Shown one piece after another: positions 1 to 9,537 of a stretch of 64,000 nt of DNA; position 1 is the first letter of the stretch; every line of letters starts with the position of its first letter. A program made the translations under genes and the position numbers. The notes below the pieces were generated by a model. It saw nothing but the letters and a program-made list of their open reading frames with translations, was not told the DNA's origin and did not search any database. Source of the DNA: Acidobacteriota bacterium (lineage in GTDB: Bacteria > Acidobacteriota > UBA4820 > DSQY01); contig JAJYCJ010000005.1 of the NCBI GenBank assembly GCA_021778515.1, positions 1,341-65,340 on the forward strand. Reading direction: 5' to 3'.

Positions 1-1379
1 GGAGTGGCGGCCTGGAGTTGGCCGCGCGGGGTGATTACGCCGCTGACCCCCCCGTTGGCGCTGCGGATCAGATAGCGATCGTTCTCCACCGCCCGGACCC
101 GCTGCATGAGAAAGTCCTGGTCGGGTCCGGGCGTGCCCCGGTACCAGGCATCGTTGGTCATGTTCACCAGGAGCTGGGCCCCGTTTCGGACCTCCCGGCG
201 CACGAGGGACGGGAAAATGCCTTCGTAACAGATGGTGACTCCCACCTTTCCCTCCGGCAGGGAGAGGGGCTGAAGGCTGTGGCCCGGAGCGAACTCCCCG
301 ACCTCCTCCACGATGGGTCTGGCGAAGAAGAGCCACTGGCGAAGGGGCACGTACTCGCCGAAGGGCACGAGGTGGGTCTTGGCGTAGCGCCCCGCCTCCT
401 TGCCGTCGGGCATGACCAGCACGGCGCCGTTCTGGTAGCCGCCGGAGGAAGAGAGGACGCTCCCCACCAAGATCGGGGAGTTGATGGCTCCGGCCACCTT
501 CGCCACGGCCAGGCGGTAGGTGGCGTCGGCGTCCCATTCGAAGGGCGTGCTGGATTCGGGCCAGACCAGGAGCTTCAGGCCATAGTGTTGAAAGGCCATG
601 GAGAGATCCAACGTCCGCTTCAGGATCATGCCGGAGAATTGGGGGTCCCACTTGCGGTTTTGCGGGATTTGGGGCTGCAGATAGCCCACCGGCATGGCCG
701 GCCTTGGCTCCACGGGCTGGGCGTTCCACCACGCACCCGCCACATAGGAACCCACGAGGAGGACCAGCGCGACGGGAACGGTCACCAGGGCGACCGTGCT
801 ATGCCGATCCCTGAGGTACAGGGTGACGGCGGCAGAGCCGAGGAGAGCCAGGAAGGAGAGCCCCAGAATTCCGAAGAGCCGGGTTCCTTGCAGGAAAGCG
901 GGGTAGAGGCTCAGCGCGTATCCTGGTCCCCACCACGGAAAGCCGCTGAGGAGGACGCCGCGGAGCCACTCCCAGAGGACCCAGGCGAAGGGAGCCAGGA
1001 CGATGGCCCAATCGCCGCGCCGCTTCACCAGAAAGGCCATGGTCCCAAGAAAACCCGCCATGTAGAGCCCCAGGACCCCGCACATGCCCAGGACCAGAAG
1101 GAGCGCCAGCGGCTCGGCGATGTTCCCGTATCGGACCAGCGTTGGAATGAGCCACCAGAGGGTGCTGAACTCCCACAGGGTCCCCGCCAGCCAACCCTTC
1201 GACAGCACTTTGGCCATGGGGACACCGGGAAGCGAATACAGCAGGGGCACGAAAGCCAGGACGGCCAGGATCCCGATCCCGTACGGAGGAAGGGAGGCGG
1301 CCCAGAGCAGAACCCCAAGAAGCAGGGAGAGCGGCCACCTCAGCCGATCCGACCCAAGGAACCCCAGCGCGCTTGCCAC
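1..1379 (-). CDS. lnt: Apolipoprotein N-acyltransferase (3' end runs off the window)
   Basis: My own minus-strand translation (not in the ORF track): multiple TM helices, FAWVLWEWLR..GFPW, LLVWPESS, KTHLVPFGEYVP, ICYEGIFP, NMTNDAW (nitrilase E-K-C triad). The GTG start near 1379 is uncertain. Confidence 0.93.
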   Translation of the reverse strand, partial: MASALGFLGSDRLRWPLSLLLGVLLWAASLPPYGIGILAVLAFVPLLYSLPGVPMAKVLSKGWLAGTLWEFSTLWWLIPTLVRYGNIAEPLALLLVLGMCGVLGLYMAGFLGTMAFLVKRRGDWAIVLAPFAWVLWEWLRGVLLSGFPWWGPGYALSLYPAFLQGTRLFGILGLSFLALLGSAAVTLYLRDRHSTVALVTVPVALVLLVGSYVAGAWWNAQPVEPRPAMPVGYLQPQIPQNRKWDPQFSGMILKRTLDLSMAFQHYGLKLLVWPESSTPFEWDADATYRLAVAKVAGAINSPILVGSVLSSSGGYQNGAVLVMPDGKEAGRYAKTHLVPFGEYVPLRQWLFFARPIVEEVGEFAPGHSLQPLSLPEGKVGVTICYEGIFPSLVRREVRNGAQLLVNMTNDAWYRGTPGPDQDFLMQRVRAVENDRYLIRSANGGVSGVITPRGQLQAAT

Positions 1380-3520
1380 TCTTCGATCCATTGGTTGAAT
1401 CGCTCCTTCTCGTCCGCATCCCACGTGAAATCCTGGGCGGCCAGCCGGGCCGCCCAATTCCTGGCCTTCTGAAGCATATCAAAATCTTGCAGCGGATTGG
1501 CCAGCCGGAACCCCCCCCCTCCCCACTGCTGGGTACCCGCCGGCTCTCCGGCCCCGCGGAGCTGCAGGTCAGCCTCCGCGATGGCGAACCCGTCGCGGGT
1601 GCCCTCCAGGACTTTGAGGCGCTTCAGCGCATCCTCTCCGGCGTCCGGACCCTGCATCAGGATGCAGTACCCTTTGTGGCCGGCCCGGCCGACCCGGCCC
1701 CGGAACTGATGGAGCTGGGCCAGACCGAAGCGTTCGGCGTGTTCGACCATCATGACGGAGGCCTCGGGCAGGTCCACTCCCACCTCGACCACGGATGTGG
1801 CCACCAGGAGCCGGATCTCGCCGCTCCTCAATCGCTCCATCACGGCTTCCTTTTCCCGCGGCTTCATGCGGCCGTGGAGGAGGGCCGCCGGGTAGCCCCG
1901 GAACGGCCCCGCCGTCAGCCGCTGGAATCCCTGCGTGGCGGCCTGGAGGTCGGTGGCCGCCGACTCCTCCACCAGCGGGTAAATGACGAAGACCTGGCGC
2001 CCCGCGTCCATCTCGCGCCGCAGGAACTCCTCCACCCGGTGGCGCGCCGATGGGCCTCGGACCGCCGTCACCACCTCCCGGCGCCCGGGCGGCAGCTCAT
2101 CCAGGACGCTCAGATCCAGATCGCCGTAGAGGGTCAGGGCCAGGCTCCGCGGAATGGGCGTGGCCGACATGACGAGGACGTTGGGCTCCCTCCCCTTCGC
2201 CACCAGCCGCGAGCGCTGAACCACGCCGAAGCGGTGCTGCTCGTCGATGACGACCATGCCCAGAGAGGCGTAGTCCACTCCCTCCTGAAAGAGGCTGTGC
2301 GTACCGACGATCAGCCGCAATTCTCCGGAGGCGAGGTCGGCCAGGAGATCCCTGCGCGCCTTCCCCTTCACGGCGGCCGTCAGGAGCCCCACGGGCATCC
2401 CTGAGGGCCCGGCCATAGATTGCAGCTTCTTGAACTGCTGGCCGGCGAGCACCTCGGTGGGCGCCATGAAGGCCGCCTGGAAGCCCTGGTGCGCGGCCAT
2501 GATCATGGCCAGAAACGCCACCACCGTCTTCCCGCTTCCCACGTCCCCGTGCAGGAGCCGGTACATGGGCGCGGGCGACTCCAGGTCCGAGACGATCTCC
2601 TTGAGCACGCGGCGCTGGGCCCCCGTCAGGTGGAAGGGAAGGAGCCTGCGCAGGAGATCGCCGGTGGCGGGATCGGGGCGGATGACCACTCCGCTCAGGC
2701 TCTTCCTCTCCTGCCGCGCCGCCATGAGGGAGGATTGAAGCCCGAGCATCTCCTCGAAGGCCAGCTGCCTGAAGGCGGGCGTCTTGAGGGCCGCCAGATC
2801 CTTCAGTGACTCGCCGTCATCAGGGAAATGGGCCTTGAGAAATGCCTCTCCGCGGCCCGCCCAGCCCTCCTCCCGAAGCAGGGCCCTCGGGAGCACCTCC
2901 GGAATGGACCGGCCCGCTTCGAAAACCCTGAACATGAGCGTGCGGAAAGCCTTGCTGGGCAGGTTCCCCACCTTTCTATAGACGGGGACGATCCGATCCA
3001 AGTGGATGGCGGCCTCGCCCGGCGAGGGCACCTTCTCCACCTCCGGGCTCTCCATCTGGAGCCTCAGCCCACCTCGGACGGAAAAGAGTTCGACCCTCCC
3101 GAAGAGGAAAAGCTCCGTGCCTTGAGGGAGGGATTCCTTGAGCCAGGGCTGGTTGAACCAGACCACGTGGACGCTTCCCGTGGCGTCCGCCACCAGAGCC
3201 TCCGTGACGTGCACCCCCCTGCGCCTGGCGCTTCGCGAGGTGACGGCGAGGAGCTTGGCCCTCACGCAAACCGTCCCGCCTGGGCTGAGGGAGGCGATGG
3301 GGACGGGATGGCGGCGGTCTTCGAACCGGAGGGGAAGCCACCACAGCAGATCGTCGCGGGTGACGAGCCCCGCGGCCGCCAGGCTCCGCGCCGTGGCAGG
3401 GCCGACACCCGGCAGTCCTTGGAGGCCCTGGCCGGGCGGGGCCCGCCTGGAGGGCGTATCAGTCGCAGCGCTCTTCGTGGTTCCCGTTCGCCGCGTAGAG
3501 CTCTTCGATGAGATGGGCAT
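1340..3520 (-). CDS. recG: ATP-dependent DNA helicase RecG
   Basis: OB wedge domain; RLLHGDVGSGKT, DEQHRFG, MSATPIPRSL, QLHQFRGRVGR, DLQLRGAGE. Confidence 0.97.
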   Translation of the reverse strand: MPISSKSSTRRTGTTKSAATDTPSRRAPPGQGLQGLPGVGPATARSLAAAGLVTRDDLLWWLPLRFEDRRHPVPIASLSPGGTVCVRAKLLAVTSRSARRRGVHVTEALVADATGSVHVVWFNQPWLKESLPQGTELFLFGRVELFSVRGGLRLQMESPEVEKVPSPGEAAIHLDRIVPVYRKVGNLPSKAFRTLMFRVFEAGRSIPEVLPRALLREEGWAGRGEAFLKAHFPDDGESLKDLAALKTPAFRQLAFEEMLGLQSSLMAARQERKSLSGVVIRPDPATGDLLRRLLPFHLTGAQRRVLKEIVSDLESPAPMYRLLHGDVGSGKTVVAFLAMIMAAHQGFQAAFMAPTEVLAGQQFKKLQSMAGPSGMPVGLLTAAVKGKARRDLLADLASGELRLIVGTHSLFQEGVDYASLGMVVIDEQHRFGVVQRSRLVAKGREPNVLVMSATPIPRSLALTLYGDLDLSVLDELPPGRREVVTAVRGPSARHRVEEFLRREMDAGRQVFVIYPLVEESAATDLQAATQGFQRLTAGPFRGYPAALLHGRMKPREKEAVMERLRSGEIRLLVATSVVEVGVDLPEASVMMVEHAERFGLAQLHQFRGRVGRAGHKGYCILMQGPDAGEDALKRLKVLEGTRDGFAIAEADLQLRGAGEPAGTQQWGGGGFRLANPLQDFDMLQKARNWAARLAAQDFTWDADEKERFNQWIEEWQARWGSLGRIG

Positions 3521-5291
3521 ACCGTTCGTCGATCACCCGCCGCTTGACCTTCAGGGTGGGCGTCAGCTCCCCCTCCTCCTGGCTGAGCTCCCTGGGCAGC
3601 AGTTTGCAGCGCTTCACCTGCTCGTAGCGAGAAAGGTCGGCGTTGGCTCGTTCGATGACGTGGCCGAACAGGTGCTTTACCACCGGCTCCTCCACCAGGT
3701 CCCGCGGGTCGATCTTGTGCACGCCCTTGGAGCGGGCGTAGTCGATGACGTTGTCCCAGTTGGGAACGATCAGGGCGGTGATGTACGGGCGCCGATCGCC
3801 GATCAGGACGGCCTGCGAGACGTACTTGTTCATCTTGAGCAGGTTCTCGATGGGTTGCGGCGCCACGTTCTTGCCACCCGCCGTGACGATGAGCTCCTTC
3901 TTCCGGTCCGTGATGAATAGGTAGCCGTCCTCGTCGAGGCGGGCGATGTCGCCCGTGGCGAACCAGCCGTCCTCCGTGAGCACCTCGCGCGTTTCCGCCG
4001 GCATCTTGTAATAGCCGCTCATCACATTGGGGCCCCGCACCCAGAGCTCTCCGTCCTCGGCGATGCGGACCTCCACGTTGGTGAGGGCGCGCCCGGGCGA
4101 GCCGAAGCGGATCTGGTCGGTGCCGTCGGCATCCACCTCGTTCACGGTGACGACTGGCGTCGTCTCCGTCAGGCCGTAGCCCTCGGCGATGGGGAGGCCG
4201 CAGCCGTAAAAGAACACCGCGAGGTGCCGAGGGAGCGGGGCTCCGCCCGAGACGAAGAAGCGGATCCGCCCGCCGACCTTCTCCCGCAGCTTCTTCGCCA
4301 GGATCTTGTCGGCGATGGACCTTTTGAAGGCCAACCCGGCCGGGACCTTCCCGGCCTTCTTCGCTTCGGCCCACGCGCTCAGGGTGTCCATGCTCCAATG
4401 GATGAGGCCCTTCTTGATGCGGGAGGAGTGAGCGGCCTGCTCCATGAGGCGCGCGTAGACCTTCTCGTAGAGGCGAGGAACGGCCGCCATGACCGTGGGC
4501 TTCACCTCGGCCAGGTTCTCGGCGACCTTGTCGATGCTCTCCGCGTAGGCGATGCTCATTCCCTTCCAGAAGAAGCAGTAGTCGATCATGCGCTCGAAGG
4601 AGTGGCTGAGCGGAAGGAAGACGAGGGCCCGGTCGTTCTGGTCGATGGCCAGGTACTCCATCCCCGCGCGGCAGTTCTCCACGAAGCATTTGTGTTCGAG
4701 CAGGACGCCCTTCGGCACGCCCGTGGTTCCAGAGGTGTAGATGATCGTCGCCAGGTCTTCCGGCTTCACGGTCCCTGCCACCCTGCGGTGCGCCCCCGGG
4801 TTCTTGGCCGCGAAGTCCTGTCCCCACTGAAGGATGGTGTCCCAGGGGAGCAGCTCGCCCGGCCCCTTCGGAGGGGGATCCATGATCACGATGTTCCGAA
4901 GGCGCTTGAGCGAGTCTTTCTGGGAGAGGAGTTTGTTGGCCTGGTCCTCGCTGGAGACGATCGCCACCTCGGCGTCCGAGTTCGCCACGATGTAGGCGCT
5001 CTCGACCGCGTTCAGCGTGGCGTAGAGGGGCACGTTGACCGCCGCGGCGGTGAGGATGGCGTAGTCGGCCATGAGCCACTTGGGGCGGTCCTCCGAGATC
5101 AGGGCCACCTTGTCCCCCGGCTTCACCCCCAGGGCGATGAGGCCGCAGGAGAACCGCTCCACCGTCCGGGCCACCTCCTCGGAGGAAACCACCTCCCAAA
5201 GCCCCTTCTTCTTGCGCATCAGGAGGTCCGGCCTTTTCAGGTTGTCCACGGTGTTGAAATACAGGTCACACAGGGTCCGAATTTCCGCCAT
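3459..5291 (-). CDS. Long-chain fatty acid--CoA ligase (AMP-dependent synthetase)
   Basis: IIYTSGTTGVPKG, EGYGLTE, GWFATGD, ITDRKKELIVTAGGKNVAP; start MAEIRTL follows GGAGG. Confidence 0.93.
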   Translation of the reverse strand: MAEIRTLCDLYFNTVDNLKRPDLLMRKKKGLWEVVSSEEVARTVERFSCGLIALGVKPGDKVALISEDRPKWLMADYAILTAAAVNVPLYATLNAVESAYIVANSDAEVAIVSSEDQANKLLSQKDSLKRLRNIVIMDPPPKGPGELLPWDTILQWGQDFAAKNPGAHRRVAGTVKPEDLATIIYTSGTTGVPKGVLLEHKCFVENCRAGMEYLAIDQNDRALVFLPLSHSFERMIDYCFFWKGMSIAYAESIDKVAENLAEVKPTVMAAVPRLYEKVYARLMEQAAHSSRIKKGLIHWSMDTLSAWAEAKKAGKVPAGLAFKRSIADKILAKKLREKVGGRIRFFVSGGAPLPRHLAVFFYGCGLPIAEGYGLTETTPVVTVNEVDADGTDQIRFGSPGRALTNVEVRIAEDGELWVRGPNVMSGYYKMPAETREVLTEDGWFATGDIARLDEDGYLFITDRKKELIVTAGGKNVAPQPIENLLKMNKYVSQAVLIGDRRPYITALIVPNWDNVIDYARSKGVHKIDPRDLVEEPVVKHLFGHVIERANADLSRYEQVKRCKLLPRELSQEEGELTPTLKVKRRVIDERYAHLIEELYAANGNHEERCD

Positions 5292-5335
5292 CACCCCCTC
5301 CTCCGTTGAATGACAGTCTAACACGGCGCCCGGGC

Positions 5336-5944
5336 TCAGCGGCCCAGGCCTCCGGCGGGAACGTTGATTCCCAGGACCCCGTCCACCCAGTGGTCCCCCT
5401 CCCTGATGAAAGGCACCGCCACGTAGGCCAGGCCGGTGGGTTCGAAGAAGCCCTCCACTCCCGTGACGTCGCCGGCCCTGTCCAGATAGGCCAGCCAGGT
5501 CAGGCGGGCCATTTCGGGGAGGTCCGCCGGATCCAGCACTCCCTCCTGAACGGGGGCCTCCCCCGGCGCCAGGATGATGTTCGCCGGAGCCAGGGCGTAC
5601 CGGAGCGTCAGGTTATCGTAGAGCGCCGCCCGCGGGCTCCAGAAGGCCGGGAAGAACAGGGGCCCCAGAGGGGTCAGGCGATCGTAGGCCCTCCCGCGCT
5701 CCTCGTCCGGCGCGCGCCAGCTCGCCTTGCCCTCCAGCCGCCAGAAGGGGACGTAGATCGGCTCTCCCGAACCTATGCCCGCCGAGGGTTTGGCGTACAG
5801 GAGGGGGAAGGGTCTCGGAGATCGGTGCATGGAAACCGCCAGGCGGCATGGGTGGCAGAGAAAGACGAGGGCCCGGCCGCCGCCCGCCAGCTCGCCCCCG
5901 CACCGAGGACAGGCCAGGGGAACCAGCAGGGCCTCGCCGGTCAT
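5336..5944 (-). CDS. Zinc-ribbon hypothetical protein (paralogue 3 of 3)
   Basis: CPRCGG..CHPC, YVPFW, VDGVLG; start overlaps the upstream stop codon. Confidence 0.75.
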   Translation of the reverse strand: MTGEALLVPLACPRCGGELAGGGRALVFLCHPCRLAVSMHRSPRPFPLLYAKPSAGIGSGEPIYVPFWRLEGKASWRAPDEERGRAYDRLTPLGPLFFPAFWSPRAALYDNLTLRYALAPANIILAPGEAPVQEGVLDPADLPEMARLTWLAYLDRAGDVTGVEGFFEPTGLAYVAVPFIREGDHWVDGVLGINVPAGGLGR

Positions 5945-7110
5945 AGGCCCCACCGTTCCAGCCCCTTGGCGGCTCCGCCCAGGATGGCCCCCAAGAAGAA
6001 TCGCAACAGCGCATTGACGGGAGCCATGGGGCTCCTGGGCACGGGCCCCGCGGCATCCACCTTCATGCCGCCGCCTCCCAGCCGGACCTCGAGCGGGGCC
6101 CGGATCATCAGCCAGGCCGCGTTGAGTCCCAGCGCGATGAGGAAGAAGAGGAGCACGCCCACTACCGCCAGGACGCGCACCACGACCCAGCGTCCCTGGC
6201 CCTGCGCGAGCTCCTGGCCGGCGCTGACGGCGCCGGCGATGACCGAGAGGAACTGGCCGACAAAAAAGCCCAGGCCCGCGGTCATGACGAGGCCGGCCAG
6301 GACCGCGTAGTCCCTGCGGAAGGGGAGGTGGCCCGACACCCATCGCCCTCCCACCTCTTCGATAGTCACGGTGTAGAACTGGCCGCCGTAACGGAAGGTC
6401 AGGGTCTGAACCGGAATGTAGAGAAGGGTCGTCTGGAGCTGCATGACCTTGAGCTCGCCCGCCGCCGATTGGACGGCCTTCACGCCGATATCGAGGATCC
6501 TCTCGATAGGAATGTCCACGTCCACCACCTCGCCCTGGCCCGCCAGCTCCTCGATATCGGCCGGGACCGCACGGTCCAGGCTCTCCTTCACAGCGTCCCG
6601 GAGGTCCACGTCCAAGAGGTCCCAGTTGGAGAGGGCTGCCGCGGGGTACAGGTAACGGAAGTCGCCCAGGATCACGCGGCTGTCCTCCTCCACGCGGACC
6701 TCGGTCTTCTGTCGTTGGAAGGTGCGCTGATACGGCCCGCGGAGGGCGGCCGCGTCCAGTCTGGGAAGGCCGGCCCCGGGCTCTTGCACAATCCTCTCCC
6801 TGCCGGTGGCCAGCACGCCGCCCCTCTTGCCGGTGAGGAGATAGAAGGGGAGATAGCTCCTCTGCCGCCTCACGAGGAGAGCCCTGCGGCTGAGGTCCGA
6901 GGGGAGCCAGCGGCCGCGCAGCAGATCCCGCGCCGCGGCCTGCAGGTCCTGCTCGCTCATGGAAGGCGGGAGCAGGTATCGCGGGAGAAAGCCCGGTTCA
7001 CGGTAGAAGAGCGGCTTGCCGCAGAATTCGCAGATGGTCTTTCGGGCGGCCAGCGGCGGGCCGACCGTTCCCCCGCACGCGGGGCAGCTCAGCGCCCTTG
7101 GTCCGCTCAT
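5941..7110 (-). CDS. Zinc-ribbon membrane protein (paralogue 2 of 3)
   Basis: CPACGG..CEFCG, YLPFY, two C-terminal TM helices. Confidence 0.78.
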   Translation of the reverse strand: MSGPRALSCPACGGTVGPPLAARKTICEFCGKPLFYREPGFLPRYLLPPSMSEQDLQAAARDLLRGRWLPSDLSRRALLVRRQRSYLPFYLLTGKRGGVLATGRERIVQEPGAGLPRLDAAALRGPYQRTFQRQKTEVRVEEDSRVILGDFRYLYPAAALSNWDLLDVDLRDAVKESLDRAVPADIEELAGQGEVVDVDIPIERILDIGVKAVQSAAGELKVMQLQTTLLYIPVQTLTFRYGGQFYTVTIEEVGGRWVSGHLPFRRDYAVLAGLVMTAGLGFFVGQFLSVIAGAVSAGQELAQGQGRWVVVRVLAVVGVLLFFLIALGLNAAWLMIRAPLEVRLGGGGMKVDAAGPVPRSPMAPVNALLRFFLGAILGGAAKGLERWGL

Positions 7111-7823
7111 GGCCCGCCCTCCTGGAAGAATCGTCGCGCGGCGGGATAGGCTGCCGCCGCGCTCCCCGCCACCAGAGCGAGGCTCCAGATGCCCTGCAGG
7201 AAGAAGGCCTCGGCGGTGAAGACCAGGAACAGAAGAGTCAGCATCGTCCAGAAGCGCCTGGAAATCTGCTTGGTCTGCGGGGGCGGGCCCTCCCCCAGAT
7301 GGACCTTGCCCGTGACTCCGTCGATCCACGCCGCGTAGGTCTTGTCCGCACCGTAGGTCACCCGGTAAAAGGGCACCATGACCAGGCTGAACCGGCCCGA
7401 TGCCTCGCGCCCGTGCCACTGGGCCGAGGCGCTCTCGGCGCACGGCAGCACCGCGAAGCCGCTGGCGGCCTCGTCGGAGAAGTAGACGGCGCCGGCCGAA
7501 GGCAGGCTGAAACCGTGCAGGGCGGGAGGCTGGGGGCTGAAGGCGGCGACGGTCCTCCGTCCGCCCTCCCCCTGAACGCTCCAAAACGGAAGGAACTCTG
7601 GATTCACGGACTGGACGGGAAGGGAGGGCATCTCCGCCTCGGCCAGCGCCTCCCGCAGGAGGAGATCCACCCTGGCCCGGGGCACGGCGGGCGGAATCAG
7701 GAACCGCTGGAAGGTCTGGGCCCGATCCAGGTAGAGCGTGGAACCGCAGAAGGGGCAGCGAAGGAAGGGCTCGTCCCGTTCAAGCGCGATCTTCCCGGCG
7801 CAGTTCGCGCACTGGACCTCCAT
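7107..7823 (-). CDS. Zinc-ribbon membrane protein (paralogue 1 of 3)
   Basis: CANC..CPFCGS, FLPFW, IDGVTG, two C-terminal TM helices; GGAGAGG RBS. Confidence 0.8.
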   Translation of the reverse strand: MEVQCANCAGKIALERDEPFLRCPFCGSTLYLDRAQTFQRFLIPPAVPRARVDLLLREALAEAEMPSLPVQSVNPEFLPFWSVQGEGGRRTVAAFSPQPPALHGFSLPSAGAVYFSDEAASGFAVLPCAESASAQWHGREASGRFSLVMVPFYRVTYGADKTYAAWIDGVTGKVHLGEGPPPQTKQISRRFWTMLTLLFLVFTAEAFFLQGIWSLALVAGSAAAAYPAARRFFQEGGP

Positions 7824-7902
7824 CGTCCCTCTCCACGGCCCTGGAAACCTAGACCGCTCTCCCGATCATGGCGGGAAGCTCAAATCGGCCTCGAACGCCA
7901 TC

Positions 7903-9309
7903 TTACCGCCCCTTCCGTCTTCCTTCCAGCACCCCGGCCAGCCTCCGCGGCAGGTCGTAGAAACTCCCGCTGGAAAAGAAGGCCACGAGATCCCCGCCCC
8001 TCAGCCGGCCGGCGAACCACTCCAGGTACTCCTCCGGCGAGGCCATGACCTCGGCCTCCTTTCCCGCCGACCTCAGCGCGGAGGCCACGAGGACGAGGTC
8101 GAGCCGCTCCTCCGCGGGGATCTTCCCCGGGCCCGGCATGGGACCGAGAAGGACGGCCTGGGCCAGCGGAAAGGCCATGGGCAGGGAATCCTGATGCTGC
8201 CGGGTCTGGCACGTGAAGGAGCGGGGTTCGAAACAGGCCACGATGCGGCGGCCCGGGTAACGCTGGGCCAGTGCGGCGAGCGTCTCGCGGATGGCCGTCG
8301 GGTGATGCGCGAAGTCATCCACGATGGTGATTCCGCCGCCGTCGAACACCACCTCCTGCCGACGGCGGACCCCCGGGAAACCGGCTAGCGCCTCGCGCAA
8401 TGCCTCCAGTGGGGCGCCGGCCTCCAGGCAGGCCGCGAGCGCGGCGATGGAGTTCCTGAGGTTGTGGGCGCCGCTCAGGGGGCTGGCGAATGGGCCCAGC
8501 CGCACTCCCGCTCGGACCAGGACGAATCGCGCGCCCGCCGGAGTGAAGGCCACCTCGTCCGCGGTCCACTCCTCCCTTCCGGAGAGGCCGAAGCTCTGTG
8601 CCCGCCGCCCCGCCAGGGGCGCGAGCTTCCTCACCGAGGGGCTCTCCACGCCGAGGAGGACCAGTCCCTCCGGGCGCACCGCGCCGAAGAGGCGCACGAA
8701 GGCCGTTTCGAGCTCGCCCAGGGTCTTGAAATTGTCCAGGTGGTCCATCTCGATGTTATTCACGATCAGGAGGCTGGGAGCGTAATGCAGAAACTTGGGT
8801 CCCTTGTCGAAGTAGGCCGTCTCGTACTCGTCGCCCTCGAGGACGGTCCACTCTCCTCCGCCCCAGAGGAAGGAACTCTCCAGGCCCTTCACGACGCCGC
8901 CCACGATGAGGTTGGGCGCGAGTCCGGCCCTCTCCAGAAGGTAGCCGCAGAGGGCCGTGGTGGTCGTCTTGCCGTGGGTGCCCGCCACCACGAGGCTCCT
9001 GCGCCCCTGCACCGCGAAGCGCCCGATCGCCTCGGCCATGGAGAGATAGTCGATGCCCTCATCCACCGCGGCCCGCGCTTCAGAGTTGTCCGAGTGAATC
9101 GCGTTGCCGATGATCACGAGATCCGGCCTCGGATTCAGGTGTGCCGGATCAAACCCCAGGGCCACGGGGATGCCGTAGCGCGCCACCATCTCGCTCATGG
9201 GCGGGTAGAGGGCCGTGTCGCAACCCGTCACCTCGTGTCCCTGCGCCTTCAGGAGGCCCGCGAGAGCCCCCATCCCCGTGCCGCCCACGGCCATCATGTG
9301 AATCCTCAT
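7903..9309 (-). CDS. mpl: Murein peptide ligase Mpl (MurC-like)
   Basis: IHMMAVGGTGMGALA, YPPMS, AGTHGKTTT, EGDEYETAYFDKGPKF, DDFAHHPTAI, FEPRS. Confidence 0.9.
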   Translation of the reverse strand: MRIHMMAVGGTGMGALAGLLKAQGHEVTGCDTALYPPMSEMVARYGIPVALGFDPAHLNPRPDLVIIGNAIHSDNSEARAAVDEGIDYLSMAEAIGRFAVQGRRSLVVAGTHGKTTTTALCGYLLERAGLAPNLIVGGVVKGLESSFLWGGGEWTVLEGDEYETAYFDKGPKFLHYAPSLLIVNNIEMDHLDNFKTLGELETAFVRLFGAVRPEGLVLLGVESPSVRKLAPLAGRRAQSFGLSGREEWTADEVAFTPAGARFVLVRAGVRLGPFASPLSGAHNLRNSIAALAACLEAGAPLEALREALAGFPGVRRRQEVVFDGGGITIVDDFAHHPTAIRETLAALAQRYPGRRIVACFEPRSFTCQTRQHQDSLPMAFPLAQAVLLGPMPGPGKIPAEERLDLVLVASALRSAGKEAEVMASPEEYLEWFAGRLRGGDLVAFFSSGSFYDLPRRLAGVLEGRRKGR

Positions 9310-9491
9310 CGCCCCTCCCTCCCAGCAGGTCCGAGCCGGCGTCCCGCTCCTCGCTCGCAGAATGAGCATGATAATCCAGGGACCGCCAAAATGCAGTGCA
9401 GCCGCCGTCATGAACGGAGGCCTCCCGCGCGAGGGCCGACCGGGGCCGACGTGCGCAACCCGCTGCGGACGCGAGTTCGGGCGTGTCTTCC

Positions 9492-9520
9492 TTGAAATCG
9501 GCTGGGCTTCTTGCTACCTT
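9492..9520 (+). promoter_or_regulatory. Candidate sigma70 promoter for the pduS-pduT-like operon
   Basis: TTGAAA-N17-TACCTT with an extended -10 TG, 17 nt upstream of the ATG at 9538. Confidence 0.55.
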
Positions 9521-9537
9521 GGCGCAGCGGAGGCCCC

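Noticed and set aside
18..1472. 484-aa plus-strand ORF
   Set aside because: It is the antisense shadow of lnt, which has clear motifs on the minus strand.
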